From Gemmatimonadaceae bacterium (GTDB lineage Bacteria > Gemmatimonadota > Gemmatimonadetes > Gemmatimonadales > Gemmatimonadaceae), in assembly GCA_044224875.1 (NCBI GenBank), contig JBGAJQ010000004.1, positions 1 through 64,000 on the forward strand: a stretch of 64,000 nucleotides of DNA, given 5' to 3'. Position numbers and translations under genes: made by a program. This document shows, piece by piece, positions 17,452 to 27,538 of the stretch. Below the pieces are notes generated by a model, which did not search any database, had not been told where the DNA came from, and saw nothing but the letters and a program-made list of their open reading frames with translations. Position 1 is the first letter of the stretch; the number at the start of each line of letters is the position of its first letter.

Positions 17452-20400
17452 ATGAACTTCATTTCCTTGGTGCGCCGTGCTCTAGACCGACTGTTCCATT
17501 CTTCCGCCGCGGTCCTCGCCACCATACTGCTTGGATGTAGCGCGGATGAGCTGACCAAGCCGACCTTGGTCATGCCTCAGATACCGACGAATCCGTCGGT
17601 AACGTCACCTCGTGCAGGTCTGGCTCCGGTAGACATCAGTGAGGGGACAGTTAGCATCGCGTACGGAATCAACGATGCCGGGATGGTGGTGGGACAATCC
17701 AATGGCGTTGCCGTGCGGTTCTCACCCATCGCGCCTCTTTTCAATCCCTCCGGAGGTACGCCCATTGTCCCGTTCGGCGTCAGCGCCCAGGGATACGTGG
17801 CCGGCGGAGGCACGCCCCCGGGTGGCGGAGACGCGGCATTCGTTACCGACCCCGGTCGCGTGGTTTGGCTGGCGAGTCTACCGTCGGCGTCACCGTACGC
17901 AACGGCATTCGACGTTAATGATCAGGGTCATGTGGTGGGGCGGTCCTTCAGTGGCAGCGTCTTCCAGGCAACGTTCTGGAATAGCGCGGACGTGGCAATC
18001 AACTACGGCACGCCGGGTCTTCCGTCCACTGCATGGGGCATCAACAACTCCGACGTGGTAGTCGGCCAGTCGCGCGCCGCCGACAACGTCTACTACGCCA
18101 CCAAATGGCTGGGTGCAGGTTCACCCGTGCTGCTGCCAATGCCTCCCGGGTTTGCCCAAGGCGAGGCGAGAGGGATAACGAACTCTGAGTACGTCGTTGG
18201 CTTTGCGTACGCCGCCGGCTTTGCGTCGGCGCACGCTCTGTTCTGGAATCCTGACGGAACGCTCACCGATCTTCACCCGTTCTGCGAGGCTGCACTAGGA
18301 AGCGTCGTTCCCTTCAGCAATGCGCTAGGCGTTTCCGAGACGATCCACGGCGAGGTGTTGGTTGCCGGCACGTGCGGCGACGCGGCCATTGTTTGGTTTC
18401 GATTCCCCAGTGGCGCGATTGCCACACAGGTCCTTCCTCCGTTGCCCGGCCGCACGGGCGCAGTGGCCAATGCCGTAAACGCGCATGGTGACGTGGTTGG
18501 CGCGTCGCACGGGGGCGGGAATTTCTATCGTGCCACGCAGTGGGGGGTCACAGTACCCAACCTCCCACCCACCGTCAGCCTCACCCTGCCGAGCGGCGTG
18601 GTTGAGGGGAGTTCCGCACAGCTGAACAGCTCTGCCCAGGATCCGAACGACCCCAACACCCCCATCACCTTCGACTGGGACTTTGGCGACGGGTCGCCGC
18701 ATGCCAACGGCTGCTGCCCGTCACACACCTGGGCGGACAATGGCTCGTACACCGTCACCGTCACCGCCTCGGACGGCACACTCTCGACATCCGCGACTGG
18801 TACGCTCGTGGTGACGAATGTCGCGCCGACGGCAACGTTGGTCGCGCCCTCGGGGGACGTCACGACCGGCACGACCTTCTCGCTCAGCCTAACGAATCCG
18901 CAAGATCCCGGGACCGATGACGTCGTCGCGGGCTTCTTCTACTCCTTCGACTGTGGCGATGGCGTGCTGGCGCCAGCGCCCGGATCCACGGTGACGTGCA
19001 CGGCGCCGGCGGCCGCGGGGCAGATCACGGTCCGCGGCAAGGTCCTCGACAAGGACTCCGATGGTACGACGTACTCGGCCACGGTCGACATCACGCCGGT
19101 GCCAAACCAGCCACCGGTCGTGCAGCCATTGGCACCGGTCAGTGGCGACGAAGGATCGGCCGTCCAATTCACGTCGGTAGCGAATGACCCGGAATCACAG
19201 CCGCTCACCTACGATTGGGACTTCGGTGATGGCACGCCGCATGGCACGGGGGCGACGCCCTCGCACACCTACGAAGACAGTGGCCCCGGCAGCTACACCG
19301 TTACGCTGGTGGTAAGCGACGGCTCGCTCGCCACCACGGTGACGACGACGGCCAGCATCGCCAACGTGGCGCCGACGGCGACGTTGACCGCGACGGGGCC
19401 CGTCACGGTCGGCGTGCCGTTCGCGGTCACCATGTCAAACCCAACGGACCCTTCACCCATCGACGCCGCCTCGCTGGAGTTTGCGTTCGACTGTGAGGGG
19501 GATGGTACCTTCGCTGCCTATTCCCCGACCGCGACGACGAACTGCACGCGAAATAGCGTAGGAGCTGGCACCGTCGGTGGGCGGGTGCGGGATCGGAAGG
19601 GTGCGGTGAGTGCATACTCAGCACCGGTCACCGTGCAGCCGCCGCCAAACCAGCCGCCGGTGTTGCAGCCGATGACTCCAGTCGCCGGGCAGGAAGGCAC
19701 GCCGGTGGCGTTCGGCGCCAGCGCTAGCGACCCCGAAAGCCAGCCGCTCTCGTATACCTGGGACTTCGGGGACGGTTCTCCCGCAGGCATTGGTGCCACG
19801 CCGACCCACACCTACGCCGACAATGGCGTCTACACCGTCACCGTCGTCGTCAGCGATGGCGACCTCACGGCGACGACCTCCACCTCGGTGACCGTCACCA
19901 ATGTCGCCCCGACGGCGTCACTGGTTGCTCCTGGCGGAAACGTCACGGCTGGCTTCCCATTCACACTGTCGCTGACCAACCTGGCCGATGTGTCGCCGGT
20001 CGACTTGGCCGCCGGATTCCAATACCAGTTCGACTGCGGGTCAGGTGTGCTGCAGCCGTCGGCAGGGGCAACGACGACCTGTACGGCACCAGTCACCACG
20101 GGTGCCACGACCGTGCGCGGAAAACTCATCGACAAGGACGGCGGCAATACGCTCTACACGGCCAGCGTGAACATCGTCAGCAACACTCCACCGACGCTTA
20201 CGCTGACCGGCCCGTACACCGGGCAGGAAGGTGCCGGCGTTGCCATGCAGGCCAACGCATCGGACCCGGAAGCCCAACCCCTCGCCTACGATTGGGACTT
20301 CGGCGACGGTTCGCCGCACGGGACAGGTCCCACTCCCTCACATGCGTATCCGGACAACGGCAGCTACACCATTACCGTGCAGGTCACGGATGGCGTGAAC

Positions 20401-21000
20401 ACGGCGACGGCGACGACGACGGCCACGCTCTCCAACCGCCCGCCGAGTGGCACCCCGGTGGCCCCCACGACACCGGTGAACCAAGGCACGCCATTCACCA
20501 TCTCGATCGTCGGTGCCACCGATCCGTCGCCCGTGGACGCCGCCAGCCTGCAGTTCCGGTTCAGCTGCGGCGGCGCCTTCGGTCCCTTCCAGACGTCTCC
20601 CAATTTCACCTGCACCCAGACGTCGCCGGGGACCTACACGGTCCAGATGCGCATTCGCGACAAAGACGGTGGTGTCGTGACGTACTCGTCCAGTGTCACG
20701 ATCGCGAACGTAGCACCGACCGTCAGCATCTCTGGACCCGCCACGGTGCACGTTCCCGTGGGTGGCACGTTGAACCTCTCGGGATCGTTCACGGATCCGG
20801 GACCTACCGATAATCCGTGGCAGGCCCGCATTGCCTGGGGCGCCGGACAAGGCCAGAAGAATTTCGCCAGCGTGACGCCGGGCACGCCGATCACTGGGTC
20901 CCATGTGTACGCGACCGCGGGGACGTACTCCCTGAAGCTCTATGTTCAAGACAAGTTCGGAGCGATCGGTCAAAAGGCGATCACGGTCATCGTTCCGTAG
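17452..21000 (+). CDS. Large surface lipoprotein: HAF-repeat propeller followed by PKD/Ig-like repeats
   Basis: Signal ending ILLGC; 'AYGINDAGMVVG', 'AFDVNDQGHVVG', 'AWGINNSDVVVG', 'ANAVNAHGDVVG' HAF-like repeats; four WDFGDG PKD domains alternating with Cys-pair 'F.C....C....DKDG' domains. Start chosen at ATG 17452. Confidence 0.85.
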   Translation: MNFISLVRRALDRLFHSSAAVLATILLGCSADELTKPTLVMPQIPTNPSVTSPRAGLAPVDISEGTVSIAYGINDAGMVVGQSNGVAVRFSPIAPLFNPSGGTPIVPFGVSAQGYVAGGGTPPGGGDAAFVTDPGRVVWLASLPSASPYATAFDVNDQGHVVGRSFSGSVFQATFWNSADVAINYGTPGLPSTAWGINNSDVVVGQSRAADNVYYATKWLGAGSPVLLPMPPGFAQGEARGITNSEYVVGFAYAAGFASAHALFWNPDGTLTDLHPFCEAALGSVVPFSNALGVSETIHGEVLVAGTCGDAAIVWFRFPSGAIATQVLPPLPGRTGAVANAVNAHGDVVGASHGGGNFYRATQWGVTVPNLPPTVSLTLPSGVVEGSSAQLNSSAQDPNDPNTPITFDWDFGDGSPHANGCCPSHTWADNGSYTVTVTASDGTLSTSATGTLVVTNVAPTATLVAPSGDVTTGTTFSLSLTNPQDPGTDDVVAGFFYSFDCGDGVLAPAPGSTVTCTAPAAAGQITVRGKVLDKDSDGTTYSATVDITPVPNQPPVVQPLAPVSGDEGSAVQFTSVANDPESQPLTYDWDFGDGTPHGTGATPSHTYEDSGPGSYTVTLVVSDGSLATTVTTTASIANVAPTATLTATGPVTVGVPFAVTMSNPTDPSPIDAASLEFAFDCEGDGTFAAYSPTATTNCTRNSVGAGTVGGRVRDRKGAVSAYSAPVTVQPPPNQPPVLQPMTPVAGQEGTPVAFGASASDPESQPLSYTWDFGDGSPAGIGATPTHTYADNGVYTVTVVVSDGDLTATTSTSVTVTNVAPTASLVAPGGNVTAGFPFTLSLTNLADVSPVDLAAGFQYQFDCGSGVLQPSAGATTTCTAPVTTGATTVRGKLIDKDGGNTLYTASVNIVSNTPPTLTLTGPYTGQEGAGVAMQANASDPEAQPLAYDWDFGDGSPHGTGPTPSHAYPDNGSYTITVQVTDGVNTATATTTATLSNRPPSGTPVAPTTPVNQGTPFTISIVGATDPSPVDAASLQFRFSCGGAFGPFQTSPNFTCTQTSPGTYTVQMRIRDKDGGVVTYSSSVTIANVAPTVSISGPATVHVPVGGTLNLSGSFTDPGPTDNPWQARIAWGAGQGQKNFASVTPGTPITGSHVYATAGTYSLKLYVQDKFGAIGQKAITVIVP

Positions 21001-21016
21001 CAGTGCTCATGTGGTA

Positions 21017-21059
21017 AGACCCCGCCGGTCGCTTGAACGCTTGGCGACCGACGGGGTCT
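21017..21059. terminator. Stem-loop between the convergent PKD and RND genes
   Basis: AGACCCCGCCGGTCGC / GCGACCGACGGGGTCT, a 16-bp stem with one G-U on the minus-strand RNA. Confidence 0.55.
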
Positions 21060-21170
21060 CGCTTTGATGCAACTTGGCGCACGCGTCGACTTCGATTCGA
21101 CGTTGCAGTTCAAACACCCGGTTGTCGGCGACTCTCGTCGCCATCATCGCTCCGGCGTGTTCGCTGTGGC

Positions 21171-24100
21171 TTAGTCGCCGAACGCCGCCTCTGGCGTGGC
21201 ACGCTGCACGGCCTCTGCCTCCTTCGGCTTGCGACCGAGCACGCGTACCGTCAGGTCATCCAGCAGCGTGTACACTGCCGGAACGACAAACAGCGTCAGC
21301 AGCGTCGACGTGATCAGACCGCCGATGACCGCGTGTGCCATGGGGGCGCGTTGCTCGGAACCCTCGCCGAGGGCGAACGCCAATGGCAGCATGCCGAAGA
21401 TCATGGCACACGTCGTCATGATGATCGGTCGCAAACGCACACGCGCCGAGTTCAGGATGGCCGTCGTGCGCTCGACGCCTTGTGCACGCTGTTGGTTGAT
21501 GAAGTCGATCAGCAGGATCCCGTTCTTTGTCACGAGGCCCATGAGCATGATCACCCCGATCATCGACATCACGTTGAACGTGCCCTTGGTCACCAACAAG
21601 CCGAGTACGACGCCCAGCAGCGAGAGTGGTAGGGCCAGCATGATCGCGAGGGGTTGCACAAAGGAGCCGAACAGGGAGGCCAGGATCAGGTAGATGAAGA
21701 CCACGGCCAGGCCTAACGCCTGCAACACATACCCCTTGGTTTCTTCGAGATTCTGGACGTCGCCGCCAAAAATGGTGCGGTAGCCGGGCGGCAGGCCAAT
21801 GCGCGCGATGGAGTCGGCCGCGGCCTTGGCCACCTCGCCCATGGTGTTTCCGGGAAGTACGCCCGCCGAGAGCGAGACCTGTCGCTCCAGAGAGCGCCGT
21901 TCGATCTGTTGGGGGCCAATCCCCGGCGTGATCTGCGCCACCTGCGCCAATGGGACGATCGCCGAGCTACCCGTCTGGGAATCCATGTTCGAGCTGACGA
22001 CTGGAATGCGTGCAACGTCCTCGGGCGATACTCGAATGGACTCGGGGTACTGCACGATGACGTCGTGCGAATAGCCGTTCGGGTCCTCCCAGCGGGTGGC
22101 CCGTTGCCCCTGGAACAGCGGCTGCAACGTGCTGGCGATCGAACCAATGCCCAGGCCGGCAGCCCACGCCTGCTGGCGGTCGATGTGCACGTCCAACTGC
22201 GGGATATTCCCTGTCTCGGACGACTGTGGCTCGGCCACCCCGGGCACGGCGCGAATCGCCTCCAGCACCTGATCCGCCGCCACCTTCAACCGCGTTGCCT
22301 CAGGGCCCTGCACATAGATCTGGATCGGCTGACGCATCCCGCCAAAGATGCTCGGTGTGCCCATGATGGCCGCAAAGACACCAGGGAAGCCCATCATCTT
22401 GGTGCGCAGGTCCGTCTGGATTTCCTGCTGCGTACGCCGGCGCTCCGATCGCGGTTTGAGCCGCGTGTAGATCGAGCCGGTGTTCGGCGAGCCGCGAAAT
22501 CCGCCGCCGACGTTTACGTACGTGAACTCCACCTCGGGCTGCGAGCGCAGGAACGCCGCAATCGTCTGTGCCTTGCTCACGGTGTACTCCAGGCGCGAGC
22601 CCGGTGGCACGCGAATCGACGTATTGAACTCCCCACCGTCGTAATCGGGGAGCCAGGTAAAGCCGAGCAACGGCGCGAGTAGGAACGCCAGCGCCACCGA
22701 CGCCACCGCGCCGCCGAGCACCCACCAGCGATGACGCAACGCACCGCCTAACCATGAACGATACCGCTCCGCCGTCCGCTCGAACGCGTCGTCAAAGGCA
22801 AACGCCATTCGCCGGATTGGGTTCCGCGTCTTCGAACGCGTGGCCGCGTGCCCGCCGTGCTCGACTTCCGGGTCGGGCCACACGCTGGACAGCATGGGGT
22901 CCAAAGTGAAGCTGACGAAGAGCGAGACGGCCACCGCAAACGCCACGGTCACGCCGAACTGGTAGAAGATCTTGCCGATCTGCCCGCCCATGAAGGCGAC
23001 GGGAATGAACACGGCGATGACGGCCAACGACGTGGAGACGACCGCCAGTCCGATCTCGCTCGTTCCCTCGCGTGCGGCCGTGTAGTGGTCTTTCCCCATC
23101 TCCAGGTGCCGGACGATGTTCTCTCGCACGACGATCGCATCGTCAATGAGCAGGCCGATTGCCAGCGACAACGCCAGTAGCGTCATCGTGTTCACCGTGA
23201 AGTCGAGCAACCACATCACGAAGAACGCCGAGATCACGGAGATCGGCAGCGTGAGCCCGGTGATCACCGTCGAACGCCACGAGTTGAGGAACAGGTAGAT
23301 AATGGCGATGGTCAACACGGCGCCCAACAGGATCGACAGCTGCACGTCGTCCAGCGAGGCGCGAATGTGCTGGGAGTCGTTACGGATGATCTGCAGGTTC
23401 ACATCCGCCGGTAGCGTGGTGCGCAACTCCTCGATCACCGCCAGCGACTGATCCGCCACCTGCACCGTGTTGGAGCCGGCGATCTTCTGGATTTCCACCG
23501 AGATCGACCGCGTGGTGTCGATGAACGCCGCCGATCGCGCTTCGGCCGCCCCGTCGATCACGGTGCCAAGGTCACGAATGCGAATCGGCGTACCGTTCCT
23601 GGTGGCGACGACGATATCAGAGAAGGACGCCGGGTCCAGGATGCGCCCCGTCACGCGGACCAATTTCTCCACATCGCCGCGGTACACCCGACCGGCCGGC
23701 ACGTCCTGATTTTCGCGATCCAGCGCCTGTGCCACCTGCGTGGGCGTGATGCCATACGCCTGCATCGCCTCCGGTTGCAGCTGGACGCGAATCTGTCGCG
23801 GCCGGCCCCCGATCACGTTCACCCCGCCAACGCCGGGAATCGACTCGATCCGCGGGGCAATCGTCTGTTCGGCCAGGTCGGTCAGGTCCCGAATGGGACG
23901 CTCGTTGCTGAATACCGCGAACGACAGGATCGGCCGGTCATTTGGGTCGAACTTCGTGACGACCGGGTCGTCCATCAGCGGCGGGAGCGTGCGGCGCAAG
24001 CGTGCGACCTTCGAGATCACCTCCTGCTGTGCCTCGGCGACCGACACGCCCAGCTGCAGCATCACGCGAACGCTGGAAGCCCCCTCGTAAGACGTGGACG

Positions 24101-24341
24101 TCAGCTCGCGAATGCCTTGGACCGTGTTGAGCGCCTCCTCGATCGGTCGGGAGACGTCACGCTCCATGACTTCCGGCGACGTGCCGGGGTAGCTGGCGGA
24201 GACGATGACGACGGGGTAGGTGATGTCCGGGTATTCGTCGATCGCCAGTCGTCCATACGAAACGACGCCGAACACGAGCAATGCCACCATCATCATGGTG
24301 GCAAAGACGGGTCGCTTGATGGAGATGTCGGAGAGAAACAT
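21171..24341 (-). CDS. RND efflux transporter permease (AcrB/HAE1 family)
   Basis: MFLSDISIKRPVFA start; GLLIDDAIVVRENI, GLVTKNGILL, RLRPIIMT proton-relay motifs; about 1056 aa. Confidence 0.95.
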   Translation of the reverse strand: MFLSDISIKRPVFATMMMVALLVFGVVSYGRLAIDEYPDITYPVVIVSASYPGTSPEVMERDVSRPIEEALNTVQGIRELTSTSYEGASSVRVMLQLGVSVAEAQQEVISKVARLRRTLPPLMDDPVVTKFDPNDRPILSFAVFSNERPIRDLTDLAEQTIAPRIESIPGVGGVNVIGGRPRQIRVQLQPEAMQAYGITPTQVAQALDRENQDVPAGRVYRGDVEKLVRVTGRILDPASFSDIVVATRNGTPIRIRDLGTVIDGAAEARSAAFIDTTRSISVEIQKIAGSNTVQVADQSLAVIEELRTTLPADVNLQIIRNDSQHIRASLDDVQLSILLGAVLTIAIIYLFLNSWRSTVITGLTLPISVISAFFVMWLLDFTVNTMTLLALSLAIGLLIDDAIVVRENIVRHLEMGKDHYTAAREGTSEIGLAVVSTSLAVIAVFIPVAFMGGQIGKIFYQFGVTVAFAVAVSLFVSFTLDPMLSSVWPDPEVEHGGHAATRSKTRNPIRRMAFAFDDAFERTAERYRSWLGGALRHRWWVLGGAVASVALAFLLAPLLGFTWLPDYDGGEFNTSIRVPPGSRLEYTVSKAQTIAAFLRSQPEVEFTYVNVGGGFRGSPNTGSIYTRLKPRSERRRTQQEIQTDLRTKMMGFPGVFAAIMGTPSIFGGMRQPIQIYVQGPEATRLKVAADQVLEAIRAVPGVAEPQSSETGNIPQLDVHIDRQQAWAAGLGIGSIASTLQPLFQGQRATRWEDPNGYSHDVIVQYPESIRVSPEDVARIPVVSSNMDSQTGSSAIVPLAQVAQITPGIGPQQIERRSLERQVSLSAGVLPGNTMGEVAKAAADSIARIGLPPGYRTIFGGDVQNLEETKGYVLQALGLAVVFIYLILASLFGSFVQPLAIMLALPLSLLGVVLGLLVTKGTFNVMSMIGVIMLMGLVTKNGILLIDFINQQRAQGVERTTAILNSARVRLRPIIMTTCAMIFGMLPLAFALGEGSEQRAPMAHAVIGGLITSTLLTLFVVPAVYTLLDDLTVRVLGRKPKEAEAVQRATPEAAFGD

Positions 24342-24384
24342 GATCTGCTCGGGTGGTGGGCCCAATACGCCCACCTAACGGGTT

Positions 24385-25719
24385 CTACTTGGCGGAATCG
24401 GGACGTGGGCGAGCGCTGGAACCGGGTCGTGTGGTGGCGGCGGGGTCGGCTTCGGGCCTGGTCTTGGACCCGGTGGAGTCGGCGCCCGCACCCTTGGGGC
24501 GGCCGCCGGCGCCGTCAGGGGCAACCTCGCGGCCACCCCGGTTCCGGTCGTTGGACACCACGGTGACCTTCATGCCGTTCCCGACCGTGGTGATGTTGCC
24601 CCCAATGACCTTGTCGCCCGGAGCGAGTCCATCGATGATCTGGGTGACGCCCGCGAGATCGTCCACGATGCCGGCCGTCACCGTGCGGCGCTCCACCGCA
24701 CCGTCTACGATCGCGTAGACGAACGGCTTGGGGTCGCCGCCGGGGGGATTCTGCCGGACGGCGCTGGTGATCAGCAGCGTGGCGTTTGGCACCACCTTAC
24801 CCACCACCCGGCCGGTGGCGAACGAGTTAGCCTTGATCGCGCCGTTCCCGTTGGGCACTTCGACATAGAAAGAAAGGGCGCGGCTGGCGGGATTGATCGC
24901 GGGGTTGACCCTGGCGACTCGGCCCGTGAACAGTCGGCCGTCGGCGGAGAAGCGTACCACCTGGCCTGTGGCCACCTCGTCGGCGCGGCGGGCCGGGATC
25001 GACCCTTCCAGCTCCAACACGGACGACCGCACGACCGTGAAGAGGACAGCTCCGCGGGAGACATGCTCGCCAGCCTCCACGCTACGCACGGACACCACGC
25101 CGGTTGTCGGGGCCAGCACGCGCGTATCGTTCATCACCTGGCTCGTGCTCTTCACCTTGGCTTCCGCGGCCGCCACTCGGGCCTTCGCCGCAGACAACGT
25201 GGACTGTGCGGTGCGCAGGTCTCGCTCGGCAATCGCGCCGGCTTTGAACAGATCCGCGGACTGATCGGCGTTCCACTGCGCGTTGGTCAGTTCCGACTTG
25301 GCAGACTCCAGGTCGGCGGTCGCCGACGCCTGGTCGCCTGACATCGTGGCGTCGTCGAACTGCGCCATTACCTGGCCAGCTCGAACCGGTGTGCCCTCGC
25401 GTACGGCGACCGAGACGATATTGCCCTCGACACGGGCACGCACATCGATCTGCTCGATCGGCGTGAGGTTGCCCTGGATGGCGATCGAGCTCTCGATCGG
25501 GCCTGTTTTCACCTCGATAACGTCTGCAGGTCCCAGCACCACGGGCATGTTGCGACGATCCATGGCCGACATCCCGCCCGGGCCACCTTTGGTGGCACCG
25601 GCGCCAGATGGGCTACCGCCTTTCGAGTCGGGCTTGGCAGAGGCGTTTGTCCCGCAAGCGAGCAGTACTGAAGCGGACAGGGCAATGAAGGGGAGGGCGT
25701 ACTTCGAACGAACGATCAT
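24385..25719 (-). CDS. RND efflux periplasmic adaptor (membrane fusion protein)
   Basis: Lipobox LLAC; lipoyl half-motifs 'VRARVEGNIVSVAVREGTPVRAGQ' and 'APTTGVV...GEHV' flanking a coiled coil. Confidence 0.92.
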   Translation of the reverse strand: MIVRSKYALPFIALSASVLLACGTNASAKPDSKGGSPSGAGATKGGPGGMSAMDRRNMPVVLGPADVIEVKTGPIESSIAIQGNLTPIEQIDVRARVEGNIVSVAVREGTPVRAGQVMAQFDDATMSGDQASATADLESAKSELTNAQWNADQSADLFKAGAIAERDLRTAQSTLSAAKARVAAAEAKVKSTSQVMNDTRVLAPTTGVVSVRSVEAGEHVSRGAVLFTVVRSSVLELEGSIPARRADEVATGQVVRFSADGRLFTGRVARVNPAINPASRALSFYVEVPNGNGAIKANSFATGRVVGKVVPNATLLITSAVRQNPPGGDPKPFVYAIVDGAVERRTVTAGIVDDLAGVTQIIDGLAPGDKVIGGNITTVGNGMKVTVVSNDRNRGGREVAPDGAGGRPKGAGADSTGSKTRPEADPAATTRPGSSARPRPDSAK

Positions 25720-25725
25720 TGGGGC

Positions 25726-27144
25726 CTAACGAGAGGAGGGTCGGGTCGGGGCAAGCGGAATTTCGCGGCCGGTGCTGCGCGCGAGTTCGGCAATCGCCAC
25801 AAAGAGTTCGACACTGGCCCGGGCGGCGTTCACCTGCGCCACGAGCAGTGCATTCTGCGAATCGGTCACTTCAAGCAAGGTCGAAAGGCCGCGGTCAAAG
25901 CGCAGGGCGGCGATCGTGTACGCCTCTTGCGCTTCCTCGGCGTTCTGGCGCTGGGCGTCGAAGGCGGCACGGGCGCGCGTGAACTCGGCGGCTGCCGCGG
26001 CGTGCTCAGACTCCGCCTGACGACGCGCCTCGGCGAGTTGCAGGTCCGCGATATTCGCCGCCGCCCTGGCTTGGTCGACGGCGCCCTTGGTACGCAGGCC
26101 GTCGAAAATGTTCCACGTCAGCTGCACAGAGAACGAGCGATCCGGAAACCAGCCGTTGTTCTGGCAGACACGGGTTGCCGGCGACCCCGCCGGACAGAAG
26201 GAGGCCGAGGTGCGGCCCCACAACGTCGGGAATCCGTTGCTCGAGGGCAGGGCCGTGTAGCCGGTGGTGAATGAACCGGTGACGGTGGGCATGTAGTCGG
26301 CGAACGACACGCGCACTCCCTGCCGTCGTGCGGCCGCCGTGGCCTCCGCGGCGCGAACCAGGCCACGCTCCGTCATCTTGGCGTCCGCCGACGAATCCAA
26401 CTGCGCGGTCTGCGCCACCAACGCGTGCAACTGCGCCGTATCGAGTGCCGTGGTCAGTGCGAGCGGCTGGTTGGCAGGAACTGAGAGCAGCTGCCGCAGC
26501 GCGATGTCTGCCAGCTCCCGGTTGCTCCGGGCCTGCAGCAGCGCCGGCTCCAGGTTCGCGCGGTCCACACGCGTGCGGAGTACGTCAAAGCGCGCCGCAC
26601 GTCCCCCCTTCTCCAGCTGCTCAATCTGCCGCATGCGAGCGTCGGCGAGGGCCACCGTCCTCTCCTGGATGGAGACCAGCTGCCGCGCGAGGATGGACTG
26701 CAGGTAATAGCGTTGCGCGTTTACCGAAAGTCGGTCCCTCACTTCCTTTTCGGTGTAGCGAGCCGCCTCCCGGAATTCGCCAGCCGCACGGGAGCCCGCG
26801 ATCACTCGGCCCCCCTGGAAGAAGGTCTGGCTGAACACGGCGCTTGATCCGTACGTGAACGGCTGCGTCAAGATCGAGTTCACCACCTTGGCACGCGAAC
26901 TCTCGATGATCTGGTTGTAGTTGCTGTTGATTCGGATCTGCGGAAGTCCGGTGGATCGAGCGGTGGTGACCTGCGCGTCGGCCACGGAGACGCCGGCGGC
27001 GGCAAGGCGCGCCTCGTCGCTGGAGGAGACGGCGCGTTTGACGGCGTCATCCAGCGACAGGCGGAGGGAGTCGGTGCTCTGCCCACTTGCCTTGGAGGCG
27101 AGTGTCAGGCACACGAGGAGGACCCGGGGGGAAAGGCGTATCAT
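25726..27144 (-). CDS. TolC-family outer membrane efflux protein
   Basis: Signal peptide; 'LSLDDAVKRA', 'TWNIFDG', 'RFDRGLSTLLEVTDSQ'; first gene of the TolC-MFP-RND operon. Confidence 0.9.
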   Translation of the reverse strand: MIRLSPRVLLVCLTLASKASGQSTDSLRLSLDDAVKRAVSSSDEARLAAAGVSVADAQVTTARSTGLPQIRINSNYNQIIESSRAKVVNSILTQPFTYGSSAVFSQTFFQGGRVIAGSRAAGEFREAARYTEKEVRDRLSVNAQRYYLQSILARQLVSIQERTVALADARMRQIEQLEKGGRAARFDVLRTRVDRANLEPALLQARSNRELADIALRQLLSVPANQPLALTTALDTAQLHALVAQTAQLDSSADAKMTERGLVRAAEATAAARRQGVRVSFADYMPTVTGSFTTGYTALPSSNGFPTLWGRTSASFCPAGSPATRVCQNNGWFPDRSFSVQLTWNIFDGLRTKGAVDQARAAANIADLQLAEARRQAESEHAAAAAEFTRARAAFDAQRQNAEEAQEAYTIAALRFDRGLSTLLEVTDSQNALLVAQVNAARASVELFVAIAELARSTGREIPLAPTRPSSR

Positions 27145-27392
27145 CGTGCCGTGAAAATTATCTAAGGACGGGACTGACCGCGACTTAGGCGATCAGGTCG
27201 AGTGCGCAATTGTTGCTGTCCTCACAGTACGCATGGGACGGTCCGTGTGTTAAGGACCGGGGACGGGCCGTCCAGAAAGGCTTGCAGTCGCTGGCTGGGC
27301 GAGCGCCGACCGACGTCCCGAGACTCAGGCGGACCGGACAGCCCTGGCGGCATATCGTTAGGCGCGCGACCGCCGCTCGGCAGGGCGCATTT

Positions 27393-27410
27393 TTGCGCAA
27401 ACTTTCACTC
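27393..27410. promoter_or_regulatory. Possible Rex (NADH-sensing) operator upstream of the oxidoreductase operon
   Basis: TTGCGCA-AACT-TTCACTC versus the Rex consensus TTGTGAA-N4-TTCACAA (10 of 14 specified positions). Confidence 0.3.
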
Positions 27411-27538
27411 GTTCGACGGGGTGAAGGCTCCCTGCCGACCCTTCGCAAACGGGCATTAGGCCCAGAGATAGCGCGCGGTCTTGCTTCTGTACGCTCTCAT
27501 GGCGAAGATGCGGAAGTGCCTCGCATCCTGGAGGGGGA

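Noticed and set aside
18660..20380. Recurrent DNA repeats (TGGGACTTCGGCGACGG-like) as mobile or regulatory repeats
   Set aside because: Explained by the WDFGDG motif of the protein's PKD domains.
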